Positions 38,401 to 50,759 of a stretch of DNA of 64,000 nucleotides are shown here, piece after piece. How positions within the stretch are numbered: position 1 is the first letter of the stretch; every line of letters begins with the position of its first letter. Position numbers and translations under genes: made by a program. A model generated the notes under the pieces. The model did not search any database and was not told the DNA's origin. It saw only the letters and a program-made list of their open reading frames with translations. This stretch comes from Oopsacas minuta (lineage: Eukaryota; Animalia; Porifera), in assembly GCA_024704765.1 (NCBI GenBank), contig JAKMXF010000328.1, forward strand, positions 119,864 to 183,863. The letters are read 5' to 3'.

Positions 38401-40680
38401 GCTAGATGATTTGTATTCTTTGTAGCTTTGTATTGATTGCTTGAATATTCTTAGTGTAAATTTACTTACCTTGACTAAATTCTTGAGGTCGAATGTATTC
38501 TTTCTCAATTATTAGGACCAGTTATGTCAGTTTAGATTTTTTAACTTTGTATTAATTAAGAATGTAAATATCAATCAACAAACATTTGTGACACTGTAAT
38601 TGATATATTTCGTTTCTCACGACCTTAATACTTTTGATATTCTTCAACTTCATTTCTTCCACAAATTTTCTTCATTACAACAGTCCTACTAAATTTCATT
38701 TCAATTCAATCATATGAGTATCTTTCTTAATTAATGTTGTAATGTTACACAGTCAACTCCCGGTATTTCGAACATGGATATTTAGAAATTCTCGCTATAT
38801 CGGTGTCTGAAATAATACAAATACAGTCACAAATCGTTAAAGAAACATGAATGTCATCTGTTGTATCGATATCGCGTATATTGAAGTAATTATTTCGGTC
38901 CCTTTTTTCCTATGTAAAGGCAGTTGACTGTAGTTATATGCAAATGTGCCAGAAATTAGTCGTTCTTTTAGCATAGGTTGTGTTCTTACTTCCAACCAAG
39001 ACATCTCTGGAACAATTTGTAACTGCAATTCCCCAACTAGGCTACAATGATTTTGATAAACCTAAGGTAGCCTTGTTGGATAACGGAGACAGCGAAGTGG
39101 TGAAGTAAGGATGGGGAAAGTTATCCATTCTCATATTCAATAAGAATAAGCCAAACACACGTGCTCTTCTCTACTTAAAATGGAAACTAAATTGCAATCA
39201 TTTTCAGGATTATATAAAACAAAGTATGGAAGGTAACAACCGTAAGTTCAATTGCGATTCCGGCACTGATATATTCCAGTTGGCTATAGAAAACGTTACC
39301 ACCAGGTTAGATTCAGATAGTATTTAGATCCTAGTAATATTAGTAGTGGTCCATTAGATACAGATTTTAGTGTAGATAGCTTGGAGCGGGAAGTGTTGAA
39401 TAGCAAATTCTTAGTCTTATTGGCATTTGGTTGCGAACAACCTGAACTATATAGTTTGAGGAGTGCCCTGTCTTCTTCTCTTCCTCAGACTGAGGTCACC
39501 GATACCCTCTTTTGGACACATTGATTGTGATAATCTTCTATGGTTAGAGGAACTGAAATTTTAGGGTCAGAATGTCCACGCATTAGTGGCGAATTCATGC
39601 TCATTAATTGGATAATCTATGAGGAGTGCAAAAAATTTAATAAGTTTCTATATGAGCACTAAGAAACTTCAGGCTTGTTAAGAGAGATAGTTGCTAATTT
39701 GAAGCATGGATATTTGTTGGCAACACCAACTGTCGTATTTTTGATTTGTTTGGAAATGCTTATCTCATTTTCACAGTTGCACACTCGAGGAATTTCTTAA
39801 CCTTGCTTTATCCATTCGAGCAAATAAGGATCTAATATTTTCATTTCATTCAACTCTATCTGAAAAACTGGGCACGGAATTCAGTTGTTAGTTGATTCAC
39901 ATCCACATATGTCATCTAAACTTTCTCTTGATATTGGTCACTCAGAAACTAGTGTTGTCATCAATAAATATAACGTTAATTTTGTGTCACTTGTCTCAAC
40001 CCTAGATGATGGTGATATTCTGAATGAGGTAATCATTGACGAGTCCACCACTATGGAAAAGAGTACGGGTAGCTTATTACTTAATTTTATCAAGTGGGAA
40101 AATTTATTAGAATCGTGAGCGACCGTGTTATGACTTTAAAAGATTGGGTTAACTTATTTAATTCCAATTTGGAAGCAATATTTCATTGTGACTTTGTTTT
40201 AAATACCACAAAATAACGAAATCTAAAAGTAGAAAACTGAGCAATTGTGTTTTTATAGCAAATGCAGAGTGTAAATTTCGCGATTTTTACTTTTAAATTC
40301 ATTATTAACAAGAATCCTCTAGAATGTCACACCAATCATTGTATTATTGTGAATTGCATAGTTTCTGGTACCCTATCTGATGAACATTTAGATGATAACA
40401 TCTTTTACGCGAGAAATTTGTGTAATTCGGAGGCGCTTCATTTGTTCGAATTTGCATGTTATCATTTGTTCGAAATAATGAGGTTGTCATATGTTCGACT
40501 AATCATTTGTTCTACTGGTGGAAATTGGGGGATTTCAAAGATAGCACGGGATCATCACGGGATATTTATTAGGTTATTTAGCAAAAAAGGTTGTATGAAG
40601 GAGGAAATGGGGATATTTATACTAACTACATGTTGATGAATGTTTTGTTCTGATTGTTGTGTACTGATCTGGGATGGCAG

Positions 40681-43085
40681 CAGGGTTGATAAAAATCATG
40701 ATTTTTTAAAAAAAATCAAAAAAATCGGATTTTTTTGATTTAAATTATATTTTTTTGATTTAAATCGGATTTTTATTGATTTAAATCCGATTTTGTTTGA
40801 CAGCTGACTGAACCATCCGGCCGTATCACCTGTCCTTGTTATAATAATGTATGCGTATTTATGAATTGTGAAGATTGATACATATAAATAAATGAATACA
40901 TAATTGTGGTCTATCTCGTAGAATATAGAGTGTAGAAAATAGAATAATTTAATTTTTCATGTTCAATATCCTATAAACGAACACCAGTTTAGCCGCCTTC
41001 TCAATTCCAAGTCGGTTGCGAGTTTTTGAGTGTATATATCCAAATGTAGAAAATATACGTTCAATTCCCGCACTTGGAGCAATTGCGGTGAGAAGTTGTT
41101 CAGCAACTTTAGTAGTATCTTTCCCCAACGTTCCATGCATTGATGCCCACCAGCAAGCTGGCGTAATATTATCAACTACATCGTCACTAAACATGTAGGA
41201 TTTGAAAGGATCATATCCTGCTTTGAACTGCAAGACAGTCGCCATTGCATTTGGACAATGCTGATGAATATATTCCATTGCATCGGTAGCTTCTTTCTCA
41301 GTGAGTTTTCTTCCTCTATACCTTGGGTCTATTAAGTTCGCAGAATAGTGTGCTGGAGAAATAGCTTGGGCAGCTCTTTCGTCTACTTTTCTTAGTACAT
41401 GTGCCGGTTGCTGTGAACTTAGAAGATCCTCATAAAGTGTTTTCCATACTTCAACTGTATCGCTAATTATAGCATTTTCCCTTTGAATTCTATCTAGAGC
41501 AACTGAAATTGGTTTTAATCTAATAAAGAGATCTTCAGCGTTACGTTTGATAGAATAATTCTTAACTTTATTACCAATGTTCGAATTTATCTCATCACGA
41601 TATTCCTCACAGACCTGTACAAGGATATGCCAGTTAGAAATATAGCTTTTCAAACAGTCCGTCAAAGTATTCCATCTAATTTCATGTGGGATAACAAGAG
41701 AATTACCACCAGCTTGCTTGTATCTAGCTGCAGGTAGATGTGTATGTCTAAAATATTTGACTATCTGGACAACTTGTTCTTTTACCCCAGTAATCTGTAC
41801 ATCTTGTGCTAATAGGTTCAACAAAAGAGCAGAGCATCCGTATGTCAATATTTCATTCGGTATCTTTTTTGTAAATCTCTTCTCATTTTTGCCATATTGG
41901 CTGCGTTGTCAGTTACAACGTTACGTACATGACATCTAAAATTTATCTCACAGGAAGTAATAGCATCTGCAGCAAGTTCTGCCAGATATTCTGATGTGTG
42001 ACTATGTCCAGAGGTATCAATTGTCTCAGTAAGGAAAGTCTCTCCTTTGTCAGTTGTAACACTCACACACACGACAGGTTCATTATGTACGTTACTCCAT
42101 CCATCCAGTGATAAGGAGACTGTCTTATCCTCCAGGGTTTTTCTGCATGTATCCAAGAGAGATCCTTGTACATTATTTAATAGTTTATTCCCTATATCAT
42201 GGCAATTTGGTGGTATATAACCTGGCCGTAGCATCTTTATTAGTTTCATAAACTCGGGGTGTTCAACAGCTATAAAAGGCGTGTAGTTGCGTAAATATAA
42301 CAAGCAATTTGGAGATCCAGTAATTCTGCCTCTGATTTCGAAGTCTTCATGACATATTCACCGATATGAGTAATCCTAGGTCTTTTTTCTTTAGCAAAAA
42401 GACTTGTATCAGGCACTTCTCCACATAATGCAGTTGATCTGGCTACTAAATCAATTGATTCATTTTCAGCTATTATGGGATGGTCTTGCATGCTGCATGA
42501 AGAATAATGTTGCTTGAGGTGGTTGACCACCCCCTGCATCTCCTTTTTGCAAAGTTTACACCTTGCTTTCCAGCCAGCAACTCCTTCTGTCGTATACCGT
42601 TCGAAGTGGACCCATATATCATCTTGTTTCCTACCTGCCATATCAAGTGTTGTTAAATGCTAAGGATAGTAGTAATCTAATAGTTATAAATCTTTTGTAA
42701 GTGGTTGTTTAAATATATATATATAGACTCAGGGTCGCTTATTAATAACCAGCTTAATATGAACATTCGTTCATTATGAACAACCTCTCAGGTCCCGATT
42801 CTTCGGCTTACATAAGATTTGTACTCAGCCAAGTCATTATGAAGGGGTTCACAATAAGCGACCCTGACTGTAGAAATCATTTATTTTTATTTAAATCGAA
42901 CAACCCTGCCGTCAAATGAATAGATTTTCGATAGGTATAAATTTATAATAGCAAAATGGACATAATCAGCTTGATAAGATAATAAAAACATAAAAATATT
43001 GAATTGAAAGAAGATATTTTGATAAAACTCGGATTTTTTATTTAAATCATGATTTAAATCACTTGATTTAAATCAAACAACCCTG
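40681..43085 (-). mobile_element. Full-length hAT element, transposase broken by two frameshifts (40949-42641)
   Basis: 8-bp TSD GATGGCAG (40673-40680, 43086-43093), CAGGGTTG termini and GATTTAAATC subterminal repeats. BED finger (IWVHF..CKLC..HLKQH), SLDGWSN, VTDNAANM, and dimerisation motif PSAGIERIFS. Confidence 0.95.
42724..42870. mobile_element. Small MITE nested in the hAT 5' region
   Basis: TIR (c)AGTCAGGGTCGCTTATT at both ends, TA-flanked. Confidence 0.7.
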
Positions 43086-46000
43086 GATGGCAGGTATTGT
43101 ATTTAAAAGATGGCCATGAGATCACAGTATTTTTACCTGTTGTTAGTTGTGGTAAAACTCACCCTAAGTGGATCTGTGTTTTTATATTTGGGGAAATTTG
43201 GACCTGGTATTTTTCTCGATTTTATGCTATTTTTGAAGTGTCTTCTTTGTTTTATAGAAAATTTAGAAGAAGATTGATAATGTTGCAAAAGATGGATGTG
43301 CAAAGGTAGAAAATTTGCACAAACTGTTGTAGAAATCGCTGGATTCGGAAATACTAGTCGAACATATGACAACCTCATTATTTCGAACAAAATGACATCA
43401 TACAAATTCGAACAAATTAAAGCGCTACTTGTAATTCTAATAGGGAAAATGTAGTAACACAAGTAGCAAACACATCTATAAGTAAATATTTCTATAACCA
43501 ATTCGAATCTACAGATAATAGAAATTCAGCGCTTAATTTCGGTAACCTAATAAAATTCAAAACGCTGATTTATTAAGGATGGAAATGATCTGTCAAGTTA
43601 CAGACTCTACTGATAATTGGAGTTAATTGATTAGTTAACAGCAGTATTATCGAATGCTATAGTGGGTAGTAATATTAGAGGATAATTCAGTAATTAGGAC
43701 ATAACCCTTTATCTTCATTCATATACTGAAGACCAAATTTAAATATTAAAATGTTTTGAAGATCAAAGCAAATTCTTCACGTAGATGCTACTGGCTCAAT
43801 CATTCGAAAAATTGACCCTTCCCTGCACAAAGTATTTTATTATGCTCCCACAGTACAACATCCAACTTGTTCTACCATTCTCGTACCTCTGGCAAAGATG
43901 ATCAGTTCTGGTCATACTAGCGCTGAGATTAGCTATTTTCTACACAAATGGTATCTTGATGCAAAGAAAATCTTAGGTTATAATATTAACATAGGATGAA
44001 TTGAGATAGAATTCAGCTGGGCGTTAATTCATATTGTGTGTAATGCTTTTCTTAAATGTGATATCGATACATATCTTGATTAATGTTGAGATAGAGTGGA
44101 TACAAATTCTGCCAATCAGGAATTAGGATTATAAGTGATTCTCCATTTATGTTCTGCCCATATAATACATGGTATTGACTTTCACATTCATAGGAAATTT
44201 AAGTTAAGTAAAGAAGTGAGGAGTTGTTTTTGTATTTCTTTCGATATCTGGTGCGTTGTACTAATATTACTCAAATAAATTCTGTGTTTACTTCCTTGTG
44301 TTATGTGTTTAAAAGTAAATATATAAATGAACATGTATTAACCAATATTAAAACATTGGAGTATTATATTAGTGGCAGTTATTCTGATTTGGTTGATACA
44401 AATGAAAGTTTATACGATCAGGATAGTGATAATGGTCCCATCGATATTAAGGATGGTAAGACCCTAAGAGACATATCTCCCTTTGGCAAACGTTTTGCAT
44501 ATATAAGTAAACAATGTGAAAATGCTATCAACAATAATCACACCAAATTATTTGATTCGAATCCTTCTATTATCTTAACCTTATAGAATATATTTTAACC
44601 CACTACTTAACTATTCTGCCATTATGGAGTGGTATTATATTAGGTCCCCACAGTTTTCAGTTGGAAATAATTATTCGCATTATAGTAACGCCATTGTAGA
44701 GAACTTGATGCGTATAGTTAAATTAGTTATTTGAATTCGAAATCAAATTTGAGGCCTGGAGATTTCATTAGAGCATTATATCCTGGTATAACTAGTAGAG
44801 TTTCCGCTTTCAATTTTGCTTTTCATCCCAGAACTAATATAACTTTAAAGGTTGTAAGCGAATAAGAGATATTTCAGAAGAAAAATATAGTTAAGAATGA
44901 TCCAGAAAAAAAGAAACAGTATTGTGGCTATTTGAAGTCGAAAACATATGAATTTCCTCAATTTAATAGAGATAAAACTATCGTAAAAGATAAATTAATC
45001 CCTATTAAGCGTCAGAAGTTGTCTACGTTACGTAAGATTTGAAATCATCAGAAATTTAGACTGCGTCAATTATTACTGATGAAGAATTGGTAGAGTCAAG
45101 TATAATACGATATATTGTACCAAGCTTTCGTCCACCACACATTGAATGGCAAATTGCTACCTGTAAGAAATGGAAACTTCATTATGGTAATCAGATTGTC
45201 TATTCTTTAGATAATTTTTTTGATAATGGTGAAGGATTATATGGGTATAATCCCGGAACAACAGAAACAATATCAGGTGATGGAAACTATTATTTTTCTA
45301 TAATTTCTTATCTGATAACAGGTAGTAAAACCTATTATAAAGAATTACGTGCAATTATCGTCGAAAACATACTTGGCATATTAAGTACGAGTTGTCATGC
45401 GTTTTTGCATACTATGTATGATTATACCCAAGGGAATTTTAGGAATATTCAGGATTGGGTAAATAAATTGGAGATTAATTTGGTTGGGAAAGAGGATACC
45501 CACTTAGGGGTATTTGCAACTTCGTTGTTATCTAATATATATATTTGGGTGTTTTTGGGCCCTACTGGAACTCGTTGGGCTGGGTTTTCAGTTAATGGAT
45601 CAAGTTTTGATCAATTTTTAAAGGATCCAACTTCAAATGGTTTATATATTCAGAATTTAGGTAATCATTACCTGCTCGTACTATCTCTAGTTTATTCTTC
45701 AAAGCAACCTAATCATTGGTTTCATTTTATGGCAGCGAAAATTACATATTTACCAACAAGATTATTAGTGAATAATCAAAATTTTATATAAATGAATCTT
45801 GAATAGTTTGTGAGGAATTCTATTAAAAAACATTTTGTATAAATGAATCTTGAATATTTTGTGAGATCTCATCTAAATATGTATATTGATTGTGATAAAG
45901 ATAAAAAATATAGGCATATACATATATGTATCGACAGTTGGATTATATGGAACAATTATCTGACGTTTTCTCTAGCCAAGTTACGTTTAAAAGCTGGATT

Positions 46001-47287
46001 ATATTACACAGGATTTGGAAACTAACACAACACCAATATGCAAAGTTCTGGGAGATATATTAATATTAAAGTAAACAATGAACATGTAATCTATATTCTT
46101 ATCATTACAATTATCTTAATCAATCCAGGAATTTATCTCTAAATCTCTCTTACAAACGTTTATTTTACAATTTGTACAAATTTGAATCAGAAAGAAGTTA
46201 CTATCTATTTATGGAGCATTCATTTGGAGACCCATCTCCTGGAGTTAATTCTCAATACTCTTGCCATTCTGGCATTTACAATTACATATCGAAGTGTTGT
46301 TCATCTCTTCAAATCTTATCTGGCCAAGACATTTGTTACTCTTCTTTATATAGCTGTAAAGATTTTGTAATAGTACCACCTGTTTCCAGGTTTAGCTTGT
46401 TCTAATAGACAAGGGAAATTCGATCAGTATTTCTCATTAGTTCATCAATCAGTTCAATACAGAAAAGATAGACAGACAAACTATAATATCTAGTTAATGA
46501 GTATCTTGTAGTACTTTTCGATTTGTTTACTCTTTTCTATTCAAAAAGTAATGTTTTGTATAATGTATGATAACTGTCATTACAATGGTGTTGTGTTATT
46601 TATTATATTTCAACTATCTTCTGATTAATATCTGGAAACCACAATAGAATTGGGACTATAGATTTGAAAATGATACTAAATACTTATCATAATTTACGTA
46701 CACTGTAATGTCATACATACTTCATTATTTATAGTATAAATTGGGCGTCTATCTAATTCCTGTGTAAAGTTCGTGCGTTCATAACTTTTTCAAAGATAAT
46801 CATTTTAGTTTCAAATTGGATATACACAATATACCAAGCGAGATGTATATATATGATCAAAATGCTAAGGTGTTGTTACAATTATTTTGAGAGATAATGA
46901 CAAAAAACCTCGATCAAAATGGAATGCAAAATTGCTTATACCTATCAAGTAAAATTTGGTGATTATGAGTGGTGATATGAAATGTACCAACTTTCCCCTT
47001 TACACTGGTATGGTTCATTTCTAAATCGAACCCATACTCTTTAGAAAAAGTGTTTAGGGGAATTTGAATCGGCTGCTAAGATAACACCCGTAGATTGCAC
47101 ATACAGATACATCATTTCCCCATTTAGCATTATATTTTAACGATTTTTGATTATTTTCTTTATTGTACACAAAAATATTCTTATCTAACTTAGTTTTACA
47201 TGCTACCAATACATTAGAGCTGAGTATCTGACTGAGAAATCGAATTTCGCAAAGATTTCACCCTAATTTCAATTATGTATTATACTC

Positions 47288-50000
47288 CACGGATCGCTCA
47301 GATTCAAATATCGATCAAAAATATACAGTTTGTTCAAAACCTAGCTGGAGTGATAGAGTCGCATGTCTATTTCCCAAATATTCATTATTTAAAATTATTC
47401 GTACGCAAAAACAGAAATTTAGCCTAATGTATTTTCACCTAATTTCTAACACCTTCCATTTGTGGTACTTGCTCTTTGATTTCAATTCATGTTTATTTGT
47501 AGTGTTAAATATACACATGAATTGTAAGAATATTTCCCTACTTGTCGTGTCTTCACACTTGAATACATGTCGTTCAGTGCGGCATCCCTATTCAACTGCA
47601 AATACCATAAATATCGAATATTAGAAACCAATATCTATATTTGGCAGTTGGAATCCTTTGGAACACTTTTCAGTAACACACATATGAAAGCGCGACAAAA
47701 GGTATGTCGCAATTGTTGTGTTAAAGTGGGGAACGATGGGGTAAGTTTAACTCCAAGGTTACTGAAGATATATGCAAAGTTTTTATCAAACAACGTTGAC
47801 GATCTCAGCTGCAGGTTACCGACAGTTCTCTATAAGGCTTGTGTAATTTGGCTTGAGAAAACGGACAAGAATCTGAGTGCTGGAAATATTCCGAAACCTT
47901 TTTCTTGGACACTGCCAATAAATAACACCAGACTAAACTCTTGTTTTGTTGATTCTCCTTGTGCTATGTGTCAAGAAGCGTATCGATTTGGACCAAAGAA
48001 ACATGCACCTCAGCCAATTCGACATAAATCTGTTGGTAGACGGTAGAAAATTCTTCTCAACAAGTTGTAAGGTTGCGCAATAAATGTCTTCTAAAAGTAG
48101 GACGAGGGATTCGCCATGATTGTTCTTCTTCTAATGCTGTTACCAACACCAGACACTGCTTAGGTAAAAGAAAATTATTAGATAAATTTGTAAGAGATGA
48201 TATCGTTAAGCGTTTGGATGTAGGTGATGATTTATACCTCGAACTATCACGTATTTCAGGGGGCACCCGGTTTATTTTACAGCTATTTTTTCTTTGAATA
48301 AGTCTGCTTTAAGTAGTGTACCGTCTGTCAGTCTTGAACTTTCAGATATGTTACAAATAAAGACTAAAGGAAATCTAAGTAATAACGGTCTTAAGTCAGT
48401 TATAAGTATATTGAGAGGTAAATTAATTGGCACCCTAAGGTGAAATTATTTTACACTACTCGATATGAAATTACTGGTCAATTCTTTGAACTTTGCCAAC
48501 TAGAGCTGAACCGATCTCAGAAGAAGGGATATGGTGATATTTGCCCTGTCTGGACAGTATTCTGTTGTGATGTTCCTGGCCTTCTTAGTAAAAGATTTTC
48601 TCAATCAGATGGGATCGATATCTATAAATTACATTATAAGTTAGAACTGGACTTTGGACAAGGATTTTGAAAGTGACAATTCAACCAGAATTACCCAATA
48701 GTGTAAGCGATCTGGCTATAATTTGGCTGAGTCAATATTCTCCAGTCATGAAATCAGACGTCTAATCCTAGACGTCAATATAAGCCAACGATTGATATAA
48801 AAGCTGCACTAATAGTTTTTGGTATCATGCCTGGCAGACATCCCTGTCCCTGGTGTACCTGGGACGAAAGGGATAATCTTGACGATATTGGGAGATGGGA
48901 GTTATGAGGGTCAGCACAGCATGCTGCACAGTATGAAGAATTTTGCAGAGAATATGGCGGATTGAAAATAAATTCAAAATTATACAAGGGAGTTAAAAAC
49001 CCCACCGTATTTCAGGATGCTGATATTCTACCTATTGAAAACATGGCTATTCTCAATCTCCCAGGGCTACATTTGTTGCTTGGAGTAGGCCAGAGACTTC
49101 ATGATGTAATTATAGAGTCAATGTCAGAAGACGAAATACAGATCCACCTGGATACTTTGAAGAGATATAGCGTCAAGAAAAGTCAATGTCGTGGTGGAAG
49201 CTTTGAAAGGAATTCAATGAGATTATTACTGAACATCATGGAGATTTGTTTCTAAATAAGAATTGTAATGCCTACATAGCATTCAGAAGATTTTACTCCG
49301 TGGTATCTTCTTGTTTTGGGATATCCAGATGTACTCCCGAGTTTCACGAAAGGATCTATGAATTTGAAGAAGCTTACAAAATGTGTGGTATTTCTTGTAC
49401 AACTAAAGTACATATAGTATGCCGCCATTTGGTCCCCTTTCTGCTAAGATATTTACCTACAGATGACAGATTGGCTGTAGTATCAGAACAGGCATTAGAA
49501 TCTAGTCAGCATCATTTTAACAATGTGTGGAGAAGATACAAATTTGGTGAGGATACAGAAAGTTACTGTGAGGGGTTATTTAAGACAGTTTGCGAATTTA
49601 TTTTATATCTCTTGCTACTGATAATGCAGCAGATATTTGGAAGGGAGTACAAGATGAAAACGAGATTGAGTGCAATTGATAAGATAAATGACAAATAAAA
49701 TTATATTAAAACCAGTGTGAATGAATAGTTTTCCAATATTTTTGTTTTAGTTTATATGAAGATATTAATTAGAGATATTTGACACTACTAGTTAGCATGT
49801 ATTGAATTCAAAGAGTAAGTACCACAAATGGAAGGTGTTAAAAATTAGGTGAAAAATACAATTAGGCTAAATTTTTGTTTTTGCATGCGAATAATTGTAA
49901 ATACTGGATATTTGGGAAGTAGACATGCTACTCTATCACTCCAGCTAGGTTTTGAACAAATTGTATTTTTTTATCGATATTTGAATCTGAGCGACTCGTG
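47288..50000 (+). mobile_element. Chapaev DNA transposon (degraded transposase ~47650-49570)
   Basis: CAC...GTG ends, 4-bp TSD ACTC (47284-47287, 50001-50004) and ~200-bp TIRs. Chapa-type Cys/His finger (H-x7-CRNC...CAMC), DFGQGF, HPCPWC-like (gacatccctgtccctggtgt), PGLHLLLG, GGSF, TKVHIVCRH, SEQALES. Confidence 0.88.
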
Positions 50001-50759
50001 ACTCATGGGTGGCCAATATTATTAAAAATACCCAAGCATTAATTTCATGTGGTAAATTCTCTTAAAATATCGCTAAAACTGCCTAATTCAGCTTGTGTTT
50101 GTTTTAATGATTCCTACCTATCGAATTTACTTCCAGTTTACTATATGGTAGACTCGTTATTATGTACACGAGGCGACTGATGAAGTGCACAAATTTGTAC
50201 TCCTTATCAAGCTTACTCCTTAACTGTGTTCATATAAACGAGACTACTGTTTGTAGTTTATTCAAAGCGGTTTATGTTCTATAATACATTTTCCAAAAAT
50301 TTCATATTTTAATGTTTATTTTTGTTAAACAAAGCAGGGTTGATAATCCATCAAAATCACTGTCTGAATTTCAACTTACAAATCTGAAATTTTGTCAACA
50401 CACTGTTGAGACATGGATGTTTATGTCATTTAAATATATTTTTCACAATTCACTAAACCTTTGGAGTTACAACCATCCGAACTTGAAGTTGGTAAATCGG
50501 ATTCTAGTATGGATCTAAGCATATACCATGGATAGCCATGTAATATTCGATTTTTTGCCTGCATCAATTCTTAAGCATTTAAGCGGCTTCATCTTGTTTA
50601 TTCTTTTTCTACTTAACACTTGTATCCTTTCGTTGTTCCATTTCTTATCTAATCCTCATTAACCACTTTTCTAATTATTTTCACATCTTTTCTTTCTGTT
50701 TTCTTCCCTTTCATCTTGTATCTACTATAATCTTTGAATTATTCACCCTTTTCTCCTTG

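Larger units (their letters stand above)
40425..43431. mobile_element. pogo/Tigger-like MITE (~85-bp imperfect TIRs) split by the hAT insertion
   Basis: 40432-40505 (gcgcttcatttgttcgaa...gaggttgtcatatgttcgacta) is the reverse complement of ~43345-43430, with TA at both outer edges. Confidence 0.65.
38960..45690 (+). pseudogene. NOF-like (Mutator-related) transposase relic plus OTU-like protease domain, interrupted by a MITE and a hAT
   Basis: Stop-interrupted frames at ~43770-44800: LHVDATGS, MISSGHT, IEFSWALIH, LHLCSAH, YSNAIVENLMRIVK, RPGDFIR. ORF from 45087: SGDGNYYFSIISY...NHY. A long decayed frame also occurs at ~38975-39330. Confidence 0.7.
38046..47090. mobile_element. Second (inverted) copy of the 13087-15371 long-TIR element, expanded by ~6.7 kb of nested insertions
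   Basis: 38046-38950 is the reverse complement of ~14430-15371, and 45690-47090 is the reverse complement of 13087-~14440. Confidence 0.8.

Noticed and set aside
46172-46405. GIY-YIG-like SGIY...C... ORF inside the long-TIR element
   Set aside because: The similarity is marginal and needs frameshifts, and it was not evident as an intact frame in the other copy.
50170-50215. CTGATGA followed by a hairpin as a hammerhead (also candidates at ~20845, ~27315, ~59862)
   Set aside because: They lack the GAAA core or a valid stem II/III. The 50.2-kb one lies within a MITE relic.
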